Positions 49,331 to 61,305 of a DNA stretch of 64,000 nt are shown here, piece after piece; the stretch's first letter is position 1; each line of letters starts with the position of its first letter. Made by a program: the position numbers and the translations under genes. The notes beneath the pieces were generated by a model. The model was not told the origin of the DNA and searched no databases. It saw nothing but the letters and a program-made list of their open reading frames with translations. Source of the DNA: Octopus bimaculoides (Eukaryota); NCBI RefSeq assembly GCF_001194135.2, contig NC_068986.1:21286891-21350890 (forward strand). Reading direction: 5' to 3'.

Positions 49331-49763
49331 AAAGTATCTCTGATGTTTATTTCATCCAGTTGCGCATTGGAATCGATGTAACCGATTAACCACCTCCCAC
49401 ATATTTTCACCTTTGTGCCTGTAGTAGATATGATTATTATGCTGGCAGATTTTTCTGGAAAACTGGAGTAAATATCATCCGAAACACCTCAAAAAAACTT
49501 TTTTTTTTTTTCAAAGTTTTAAGATAATCGTAACCTCTACCCTCAAAAACGTATCTGAAAATTTCGCGTTTTTAAGGAAGTTATGAGGAAACAAAGTCGA
49601 TGAGGGGGCACAGTTCTGTAGTTATGCCTATTATTACTTTATAGACAAAAGTATTTTCCTAAAATTGAGTCAAGATAAGTTTTTAATGAAATCTCTAAGG
49701 GGGGCACCTTACTAATTAACATGTTGATCACGTTACTGTCTGTATAGTCATGTGATTGTTATA

Positions 49764-49808
49764 ATGAAAATGGCGAGTTTACATTCGCCTCATACATCTA
49801 TGGGATAG
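49764..49808 (+). promoter_or_regulatory. AP5M1 promoter-proximal YY1-like motif (AAAATGGCG) and short uORF
   Basis: AAAATGGCG at 49767-49775; ATG at 49764 to TAG at 49806-49808, ending 19 nt before the main ATG. Confidence 0.45.
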
Positions 49809-49827
49809 TTTACAAACAAAACACAAG

Positions 49828-49898
49828 ATGAAGATCCGGTCACTGTGGGTGTATTACATGGGATCGTCGGGAACATCTCAGAACCTAATATTTTCAAG
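49828..49898 (+). CDS. AP5M1: AP5M1 exon 1 (MKIRSLWVYYMGSSGTSQNLIFS)
   Basis: Resembles the AP5M1 N-terminus (R-x-x-W...FSR); phase joins exon 2; donor AG|GTCTTT is weak. Confidence 0.8.
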
Positions 49899-52800
49899 GT
49901 CTTTTTTTACATTTTTATTTTCCCATTATAACAGTTACATAGTTGAAGTGTACGTCGTCTTTTAATATAAACAAACTTGAGGGTGGCCCTTATTTTTGTG
50001 TTGATGTGTTTGTTATAATGTTCGTATGTAATTTGCATTCGTTTTACTGGATTAGTACTTAATAAAATGTATTTCTAAAATAACAATTTTTATTAAAAAA
50101 TCCTGGATAAAACTATTCGACTGTTCACATCTGCTTATGACTAAGCTTTGAGAAATCTATGTATCTATAGATGTACGATGTATTGATATATATGTATATG
50201 TTTACTAACGTACATATGTGTATGTAACCTATTGTATTATTTATGTCCATACAGGCATATGGTTAATTAGTTAGAAATATAAACACAAAGCAATGTTGTG
50301 CTCTTCAATCGTCATAAAATAATCGACCCTGTCCATTTATATATGTATATATAATTTCTGTGTATCCTGTAATATGCTTAGGGAGTATAAATAACGATTA
50401 CTACATTCAGATGAATACTTTGGATTTGCCAACTACTATAGCATATGTGTAGTCACACTCAAATGAGTATAGCAATCATAAATTGTGTTATCTTTATAGT
50501 TGAACTGGAAGTTCAATCTATTCGGTAAGGTGACGTGGTTTCTGTTTTAGGTGTAGGTGTACTCCATAGACTAATAGCAAAAATCAATGTACGGACATCT
50601 CCGGTATGCGGACAGTGGTTGAAAATAATGAATATGACTGTTATTCCTTTTTATTAGAAGAATAATAGTTTGTTTAATGATTTCTGTAACAAGCATTTTA
50701 TTTTTCAAGCTAATGAAATAAACTGTAAACATTAACCAAATAAACTGCTTTGCTTCAAGTATTTCTTGGTATGACAAACAATTTTACGCGTAACATCTAT
50801 CATAATTTACTCTCTTCACTTTATTGGTTTGACTGTCTGTCTTCCACTTCACGACAGAACAGTATGTTAGATCTCTTTAAACCCCCAAGTGAGTAATTTT
50901 ATCTTTTATATTGATTACTTCAGTAAATGCATGGTATATACATACTTTCCAGTCTTCGTTTATGAACTCGAGACTACTTCAAAATTAATGCTTCGGAGAT
51001 GTACTTGTCTGGCAAGTGATTTGATCTGAGACCATGTTGAAACTAAAACAATCACTGCGTGGAAAACACATATCAGCCATTCAATAATGCATAAAACCGT
51101 TAACTTTATTAAGAATCTTATATTTGATGCCATAATTTTCGTCGCAAAACTCATAATCATACAACAATTGTCATTCTCCATTGTACAAACACTAAGTACC
51201 GGTTGTCGGGTTTGCATATCGAAAATGCTATGCTTGTCGAGCAATAATTTTATTTAACTGTTCAGAGCTTGATTAAAATATTGAAAACATAGTATCTTTC
51301 ATAATATCTGGAACTTTACAATTACAAACAGCTCTATTTATCATTTCTTCTCTCAACTAGTTACAATATTCTCTCTCGGAGAGGAACGATTCCGGCAAGG
51401 TGACTAGTATTCCAACATTGCTTTTCACGATGGAGACCCTATATTTGTCAAAAGACTTAGTTTATCTATTGTGTCTGGGGAGAGGGATTACGTGTGTGTG
51501 TGTGTTTCTAGTGCAAAGCTTATTATTATGAATACTATATTAACCTCTAAAGATGAAACGGGATGACTTGAGCTAGGGGCTGTAACGTACCAAAGTTCCT
51601 GTGAGATGTCTTGTTTGACTCCCCTCTGTATGCACTGTCCCAACGCACGCCTTTGTATTCTAAAATATAAAGAGTGCTAAAAATAGCAGCCAAATTATTT
51701 CAAATCACACCCTACCATCTTCAAATAAAAGAAATAGACACACTGGACGATGTAAACATATAAAAAGATGGGTACTACTAAAGCAGCGCGGACCCGGACG
51801 CGCGACTGCGCGTTCGGGTCCGCGCTGCTTTAGTAGTACCAAAAGATGTACATGACGAAAGCACCTTTGGCCATAAATCAGTACAATGCATATATACTGA
51901 AACATAGGTGTGTGTGTGTGTATACAAATGTAAATATCGAACAATGAGAATGAGTGCTCCATACCGCATTGGTTGATAAAGATTCATTTGTGTATTAAGG
52001 CTACCAGTGGTTTCATGTTAAGAAAATATCTCAACAATTCTTCAAGTATATCACAGAAAAATTGGTGTTCATTGGCATCTTTCTATGTGATCAGCTTAAA
52101 GAATTGCTGAGATATTTTCTTAACATGAAACCAATGGTAACTTTAATACACAAATAAAGTGTGTGTGTGTATATATATATATATACTTTATCGAAATCAA
52201 ATTCGCTGACGTGGCCGATGATAGCACCGCCTGACTGGCATCTGCGCTAGTGGAACATTAAGAGCATCATCCGAGCGTGATCATTGCTAGGACCACTGAC
52301 TGGCTCCCGTGCCGGTGGCACTTAAAAAGCACCATTCGAGCGTGATCGCTACCAGTGTCGCCTTAGTGGCACGTGGAAAACCACATTCGAGCGAGGTCAT
52401 TGCCAGTGCCGCTGGACTGGCTCTTGTGCAGGTGGCATGTAAAAAACACCTTTTGAGTGTGGCACTGCCAGTACCGCCTGACTGGCCCTCGTGCTGGTGG
52501 CAGGTAAAAGCACCCACTATACTCAGAGTGGTTGGCGTTAGGAAGGGCATCCAACTGTAGAAATTTTGCCAGATTAGATTGGAGCCTGTTGCGGCCTCCT
52601 GGCTCACCAGTCCTCAGTCAAACTGTCCAACCCATGCCAGCATGGAAAGCAGACGTTAAACGATGATGATGATGATGATATATAGTCTTGGCTATTCCCT
52701 TACTCATTGCTGAAGGTCAGGGACCATGAGCACATGCACCAGCTCTTTCCATTGATTCCTTTGGTTGTGCAATATTCAGCCAGAAATCTTCTGATCCATT

Positions 52801-55800
52801 TTTTGATGACATCCAGCCAACGTCTTTTTGGGTTTCACCCTTCCCCTTTTTCCATTGATCTTCCCTGTAGTGTGTGCTAAGGTTCTGGGCCCTGATGTCA
52901 TGCCCAAAATATCACAAAATATTTAATAATTAGTACAACCTGAAAGATAGGAACAGCTGTATCAAGGACATGAAGCATTTTTGATTTCCAGCATTAAAAG
53001 GAACTGCAACAACCTTCCATCATGTAATCAATATCTATGTAATTGTTCCAACATCAACTTTTGCATACTTAATCACAGATATCTCAGTAGAGTTGATACA
53101 CTGTGCTAAAATGAAGTTAGCTGATTGAAGTGGACAAACTTATTTTGATTTAACAGTATACCTTTAAAGATAGATGTACACAACACATATATACTTTTAA
53201 ACCACCAGTAAAAGAAAAATACCACCTCTCTCTCACTGTTTGTATGGTAGTTAAAAGTTGAAGGACCAACAAACTGTGTCTAATGGTAGAATTTTCCAAA
53301 CTATGTTCTGGAGGATCTGGATTATGTTTTTTTCATTTTGCTAACCTGGTGAATTCTAAAATGTCATAAAAAGTTTCTCCTTTCAATTTCCATCTCCCAA
53401 ATCCAGTCACAAGACTGTGGCTACAGTAGAAGATACTTAGCCAAAGTACTTTACAGTGGGACTGAATCTGAAACCACATGGTTGGGAAGCAAACTTCTTA
53501 ACTACAGAGTCATTCCTTTTTGCAACTTGTATATATATATAGGGGCAAGCATAGTTAATAAGCTTGCTTCCCAACCATGTAGTCTTGGGTTCAGTCCCAC
53601 TGAGTGGTACCTTGGGCAAGTGTCTTCTACTATAGCCCCAGGCCAATCAAAGCCTTGTATATATCTTTGTTTTGATATCATGTGTTGGTTGTAAACGAGC
53701 ATCACCATCATACAAGTGGTGTCGTTTGTTTCTAGTGTTTCATGGAAAACATATCTGGCCATGGGAAATATTACCTTCCTTGAGAACAAGTGAGGGTTGG
53801 CGACAGGAGGGACACCTGGCTGTAGAAAATCTACCTCAACAAATTCCATCTCACCTATGGTAGCGTGGAAGGAAAAAAGGACATTAAATGCTGATGATGA
53901 TATCACATGATTTAGATATAAAGGTTGCCTTAATTTATGCTTAACACATACTTTCTTGTTGTTAAACTCCCAGCAAACCTATAGCATGCAGTTATTAAAA
54001 TACATAACTATGTAAAACCTAGATTTATCATTCTAGATATATTATATCTCTTTCTAGCTGACATACACTGCTTAATTGTGTGGGATGCGATGTTGCAATT
54101 TGGATATATATTTTCTCCACCATCTAATCTATTTTTCTATGCCTGTTGTTACTTGGACCCAAATTGATTCTGATCAAGCGAACCTATGATCAAAGGCACT
54201 CCAAGTCATGACCATCCATCTTTTTTTTTATCTCAATATAGTATACTTTCGGTTACATTTTCAAGTGTGTTCTTCATTTTTATATTATGACAGTAGGTTA
54301 CTTGTACAATACAGGAGTATCAGCTCAGACTGTTTGGTGATGTTGCTTGATTCTCCGAGTTAGATCCTGCATATTGTGATTGTGTTCCCTTCTCTGAGGA
54401 TCCAGCTTGGGTGACAGCTCATGTTGGTCTGCCACATGGTCATAGTGGATAAGGAAGTAGCTTGCAGAAATAGGGAGTGACTAAGACACTGCTCAGAGGG
54501 TTGCCTAGGTCAACCTGAGTAAATACCAACAAATGGTAGCTGCAGTGATGCACTGCAACGATTCATGCCCCAACTATCTGACCTCAATAGATTTGATTTG
54601 AGAGTGATTTTGTTGCTATTTCTCGCAAAGTATGTGACTATTTAGAGGCACTTTTAATACCTGATATTGTGGCTGTGGTAGGTGCAGGTAAGGTTGATTA
54701 TATCAGAGCACAACAGTTGCTGATTCTCTGCACTTATTATGGGTTCTATACATCATACTTATCTAATTATTTTGCAGGCGATTTCCTACAGTTGAGAAAT
54801 GGACAGTCCTGACTGAAAAAGACCAATATGTTCCAATTCCACAGAATACTGAATTTACAAAAAACCTTTTTAATTGCATCAGAACAAACTCTAAATTGAA
54901 CAAGGTATTTTTTTTTTTTTGTTCTAAATCTTAAAATTATCTTCTAATCTGATTGTGTGGTTAAGAACTTACAGGTACAGGCGTGGCTGTGTGGTTAAGA
55001 GTTTTGCATTGGAACCATTTGATTAGAAGTCCAGTCCCACTGTATGAATGTTGTCAGCTGATGATGTTCTACACTATAGCTACTGGTAAACCAATACATT
55101 GTGAGTGAAATTGGGAAACTGAAGAAGCCTCATGTCATCTGATCTTCTTTGCCCACTTATTTGTGGGAAGGTTATGGGAGCAGAGTCCTCAAGCATGCCT
55201 TCCATTGGGTCCTGTCAGAAGCAACCATCTCCAATTGATCCAGTTAGATTCCAAGTGAGACCAACCAAGCACATGGACGTTATCTGACCATCTTGCTTGT
55301 GGTCTACCCCTGTGTCTCCTGCCAGTTGGTTTTTTTTTTTTTCCCATAAAACCTGTCCAGTAGTTCTTTCTTAAGACATTTTTACGACATATCCATAGTG
55401 TCAGGGCTGTGATCTTTCAATTCAGACAAATAGTGGCTCTACCTGGAGAGCCTCTCCGATTTCTGAGTTATGCACTCTGGTGAATAATGTTACTCAAAAA
55501 AAGAGAAGACCCTTCAGAAGAACACTATTTTGGCTACTTGTATTCACAATCATATTCTTATGGTGCCATATAAAAAAGCACCCATGCTGGCACCACATAA
55601 AAAAAGCACCCATGCCAGACTACACAAAACAGCAATCATGACAGTGCCATGTAATAAAGCAGCTGTACTGTTGGCACCACTTAAAATACACCCAGTACAC
55701 TCTGTAAAGTGGTTGGTATTAGAAAGGGCATTCAGCTATAGAAACCTTAGCAAAATAGATGACTGGAGCCTAGTGTAGCCCTCCAGCTTGCTAGCTTCTG

Positions 55801-55851
55801 TCAAACCATCCAACCCTTGCCAGCATGGAAAGCAGACATTAAATGGTGATG

Positions 55852-55882
<31 letters not shown>

Positions 55883-58800
55883 CATGCACATGTGTGTGAG
55901 TGAGTTTGTATTTCCCCCTCTCTTCACATGTGTTTTCTGACTGTAAACTACAGTCTCACTTTCAATATGGTAACAAAAGGGTTAAAGTTGCCATTCATAC
56001 AGCAAGGGTCACTTCCATTTCTGAAATTTAATTCATCTAACTCCTACTGCAAATATAGTTTTTAATATGAACGTAAGAATGTTGCTCACAGCCAGACGTA
56101 TTACATTTAAAATATTTCTAAAGTGTCATGTGTTTATTTTGTTTCAGAACTCTGAACAGAAATGTTCTAACCAAGATAAAAGTCCATTCTATTCTATAAA
56201 CACTGCTGGTGGAAAACTCTTTCCTGTTATTGTTTTAAATAAGGTAAATTGTGCCATATTCCAAAATATTTTTTTGAACTTTCATATTTCTATGTTGTTG
56301 TTTTCTTTAAGTCAGCCTCTCTTTTTTTACTCCTACTCTTTCATCACCTGTTTCCTCCTACCTCAGAAGTTTTCTAGCTTTTTCTCTTGTGTCCATAGGG
56401 CTTACAAATGAATTTCTTATTTGTTGATGTTTGTAAGTAGTGTGTGGCAAATGTCCAAGGGAAATATGATGGATCGAGGATCCCATTAATTCTATGTGTC
56501 AATCATTCATCTTGTAATCCATTATCTATGGTAGGTTGTAATGAAGTAGCTAAGAGTTCTTTCTTGGCTGAAAACATTGTTATTATTTGTGCAAAAAAAA
56601 ATTTTTTGATGGATGGCAACCTTGCAGAATCATTAGCACATCAGACAATTAGTAGCATTTTTTCCAGCTCTTTATATCCTGAATTCAAATGCCACCAAAG
56701 TCAATTTTGACACAATCTCTGAACTATTCACATTTTTATTTAATGTATTTTTTCTAATTTTCTTTTTGTTTAGGACCAGTTCCTTTTCTGCTGTTTACCA
56801 TTTGTGGATTCAGCATCTCATTCCAAATCTTTCCTTATTGAAATGTAAGTTAAGCTTTAAAACATCCTTTACTTTGATTCTCTGAAAGAAATTGCTTAAT
56901 GGTGTTTAGATAGTATTTTTTATTCATAAAAATTAATTTTGGTTGAAAACGAAACCTCTTCTGCTTTGGCCCTTTTCTCTCGTACTTTATTCATATCATT
57001 TTCCCATCTCCTAGCATAAAGGTTACCTCTTGATGTTTGTAGACTCACTGATGATGGCAGCATGAAAAAAAGCACGCAGCACATGTTGTAAAGTAGTTGG
57101 CGTTAGGAAGGGTATCCAGTCATAGAAACCATGCCAAAGCACAATGCAGTCCTTGGCTCCATCAGATCTGGTCAAACTATCCACCCCATGCCAGCATGGA
57201 ACATGGACATTAAATAATGATGGTGATACTTTGAAACAACCAAATAGAGTAGTGGCCATGCTTAAGAATCACAAAAGTCAAGCTACAGAGCATTTGGTCA
57301 GAAACTCTCTAGAACAAGCTGAATAGCAGAAGACATTCAGTAAAGAATATGTACCCTCCTTATGAAAATGTTTTGGCCCTTAACTCCTTACATTCTAAGA
57401 ATATTGGGCCATACGCAGGCCATAATCTCGGGATAAGCTTCTGCCACTTTTCTAAGGGTTGCATAAATCCTTTCCAGCATAGCATTTTGTTATTTGTTGC
57501 AATTTTCTGCACCTATTTTAATATCCTGATTAATGTCAACAAAGGAATTAGTGACTGAAATTTGAAGCAAGTTAAAAGACTTAAGGATTGTGTTTCTTTA
57601 AATCAGTTGTTCTCAACCATTTTTTTTACCTACGGACATTTTTGATTTCTAGTCATTCAATGTTTCAAAAATCCCATTACATTTTTATAATTAAATATTA
57701 TAAAGAACTGTATAAGAAAAACTGTTAAAACATTTTGTGTATCGTGGAAGTACAACCAATTTATTGCAGATAAATCTTGACAAAATCTTACATGGACCCC
57801 CAAGAGTCTCATGGACCTCAGTTGAGAACCCCTGCTTTAAATGAAACCCCTTCCAAAAAAAAAAAGAAGCAATAGATCTTTCACATAATTCTGTATCTTT
57901 CTTTTATTTAGTCCTGGTGTAACATTGTGTCACGGTTTGCTGAGTGCCTTATCTGATATTGTACATACTTCACACTTAAATAATGAGGTAAGTCAAAGGG
58001 TTTGAATTTGTTTTTGTTTCTTTTTTTCTTTTTACTATTATAGATTTTTTTTTATCACTATAGATTTTTATAAGGCTGTGAGGTGACAGAGTTGTTATCA
58101 TGTGGCCGATGCTGGTGCCACATAGCCAGCAACCATGTAGGTGGCATGTAAAGAGCACCTTTTGGGCCTCACAGAGGCAATGACTGAGACCTTTGGCATT
58201 ATGTTGTGCTTGAGAAGAAGACCCATCAAGCCGAGCAGAATCACATTTGTGGTAGATATTGGTGTCATGCAAATGGCACCCATGCACCAATGCCAGTGTC
58301 ATGTAAAAGCATCTTTGAGCGTTGGGCCTCACAGAGCCAAAGACTGAAACCATTTGGCATTATGCTGTGCTTGAGAAAACCCATCAAACCAGGTAAAACC
58401 ATAATCATGGCAGATACCAGTGCCATGCAAATGGCACTTGTGCTGGTGGTACGTAAAAAGCACTCATTACACTCTCAGAGTGGTTTGGCATTAGGAAGGG
58501 CCTCCAGCTGTAGAAACCATGCCAAAACAGGCTGGAGTCTGGTGCAGCCTTCTGACTTGCCAGCATGGACAACAGACATTAAATGATGATGGTGGTGGTG
58601 GTGGTAGTAGTAGTAGTATATCTAAGAAGGTTTGTAAAATGTATAAAATCTATCTTCTACACTAATGTATTACACAGTGCTACGTTTAATACTACAAAGC
58701 AGTGGTGTAGCTAGAGCATGTGCTGCCCATGAGTTTGTTGTTTCCACCTCTACACATACTTATGCAACAGACTCAAAAGTGTCACCCCCATGAAAGAGCC

Positions 58801-59954
58801 ACCCCCGTCATCCACTTCTCACTATGCTACTGGGTCTTGAATATACCACTGTGCTTGCCTGAAGAAATAATCCTTTACCCAACAGATCAATAACATGTTG
58901 TCTTGGATTTTTGTAACTCTCGACTGGTTCTTAACAATATGTGATATCCATTTAATAAAGTATTTGGATCTCATTGTGTTTATTTTCCTACAATTACCTG
59001 TAGGTTTGGAATCTACAAGATGGAAGAAAGCATAATTCAGATTATAATCTGAGTAGTAATTGTTTGAATATCCTCTGTATATATGTAACTTCTCAGAAAT
59101 GTTCCTCTGGTATTTTCAGAATTCTTTATTCAATGATATATCCACATTTCTGATTGAAACTGTACCTTTAGGGAAAATACGCGATGTTAATTTGACGTCA
59201 ATCAATGCTAAAATTGCCAATAAATCAATCTTTGCTGCCGGAAATCAAAAAGTAAGTGGAAATCTTTGTATATTGACAAAAAATTTATTCTAAGTATATT
59301 ATCTGTTAGGAATTAAGATGTAGATTTCTTCTGACTAAGGATGAAGACAAAGTTATATATATTTACACGCACACATACACATACAGTGTCCCAGTCAGGT
59401 GGGAAAAGATGTGCTATTGCAGCATGTTGCTGCATTCACCATTTGTCAGTATATTCCTGGGTCCTCTCGGGTAACCCATTGGGCAGATCCCCAGTCTGTC
59501 ACCATCTCCATGAGATACCTCATCTGCTGTGACCATGTGGCTTGGGGTTAACCAACACAAGCCCTTAACCCAACTGGATCCTCAGCAAAGAGAATATAGC
59601 AGTAATGTTTTGATATGTATATATCAAAAGATATTTACAAAAGTTAATAAGGATAGTATTCTTATTCATTTTTGAAGCTTTGATTTGATATGATTTGATA
59701 CGATAATAAATGATTGAATTTTTGTTCATCCTTAGTTCATATCTTTGTATTTCACAGCAACCTGCTTGGAGACCTAATACACACAAGGGGAGAAATCAAA
59801 TCTATATTTGTGTCTCTGAAAATGTTAGAGCTGCTATTGTAAGTAAAATCTATTTAAAGTTTTCAGTACCATTATTATTATTGTTGTTGTTGAGTCTCAA
59901 GTCACTCTGGTCATAAGCATTTTCAAATTGTTCATCTTGTTTTCTTCTCTTTTT

Positions 59955-59990
<36 letters not shown>

Positions 59991-61259
59991 GATGTATAAG
60001 AATTGGATGAGATATGACGGCTCGGCCATCTCTCCCCAGTTCTTATATTAATCATTAAAATCCAGAAATACAACAACACCAGGGATAACAGTAACAAGAG
60101 ATCAATAATTTATTCTAGGTTGGTGTAGAGCCGTTTCGTTCCTGGGTGAACAGGCATGCCGCTAGAATACCAAGGAAGCTTCGACCACATGTCGGTATCG
60201 AGCTGAGAGAGCACTGGGAGATACGTGTTGTCACGACAGCTGCTAGATAGAGAAGAGAGCGAACGCTATTGCTCTCTCTCCACCTGTTGCCTTGCGCATG
60301 TGTGCCCAGGTACTTCCGCTGACGGCAAGTCCCTTGCACATGCGCAATGGCACTTCCCAAGATGGCGGCCACACGCGCCACTACAGATGCATTGCTTCCT
60401 TTAAAACCTCCATGCTTCCTGAAATTTGCCAACACTACACCTGATATCATCACCTCCATACGCATGCACACATGTATATCATGACTCTTACACTGTTCAC
60501 TTTCCTGACTTTTGTACATAATTCTCTGTACCGTACATGCACCTTTGGTGAGTTGTAGTGCACCTGAGCACTATACACAATAATTTCATTATTATTATTA
60601 TATTTATTATATATTATACACACACACACATATATATATATATATCATCATCATCATCATCATCGTTTAACGTCCGCTTTCCATGCTAGCATGGGTTGGA
60701 CGATTTGACTGAGGACTGGTGAAACCGGATGGCAACACCAGGCTCCAGTCTGATTTGGCAGAGTTTCTACAGCTGGATGCCCTTCCTAACGCCAACCACT
60801 CAGAGAGTGTAGTGGGTGCTTTTACGTGTCACCCGCACGAAAACGGCCACGCTCGAAATGGTGTCTTTTATGTGCCACCCGCACAAGCCAGTCCAGGGGC
60901 ACTGGCAACGATCTCGCTCGAAAATCCTACGGGAGCCAGTCAGGAGGTACTGGCAACGGCCACGCTCAAAATGGTGCATCTCATGNNNNNNNNNNNNNNN
61001 NNNNNNNNNNNNNNNNNNNNNNNNNNNNNNNNNNNNNNNNNNNNNNNNNNNNNNNNNNNNNNNNNNNNNNNNNNNNNNNNNNNNNNNNNNNNNNNNNNNN
61101 NNNNNNNNNNNNNNNNNNNNNNNNNNNNNNNNNNNNNNNNNNNNNNNNNNNNNNNNNNNNNNNNNNNNNNNNNNNNNNNNNNNNNNNNNNNNNNNNNNNN
61201 NNNNNNNNNNNNNNNNNNNNNNNNNNNNNNNNNNNNNNNNNNNNNNNNNNNNNNNNNNN

Positions 61260-61305
<46 letters not shown>

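Noticed and set aside
49899-49906. Possible U12-type intron in AP5M1
   Set aside because: The donor GTCTTTTT does not match GTATCCTT and there is no TTCCTTAAC branch site near 54777.
58700-58832. Possible hAT/Tip100 MITE (CAGTGGTGTAGC ... CTATGCTACTG)
   Set aside because: TIRs are degenerate and the flanks show no TSD, so support is too weak to list.
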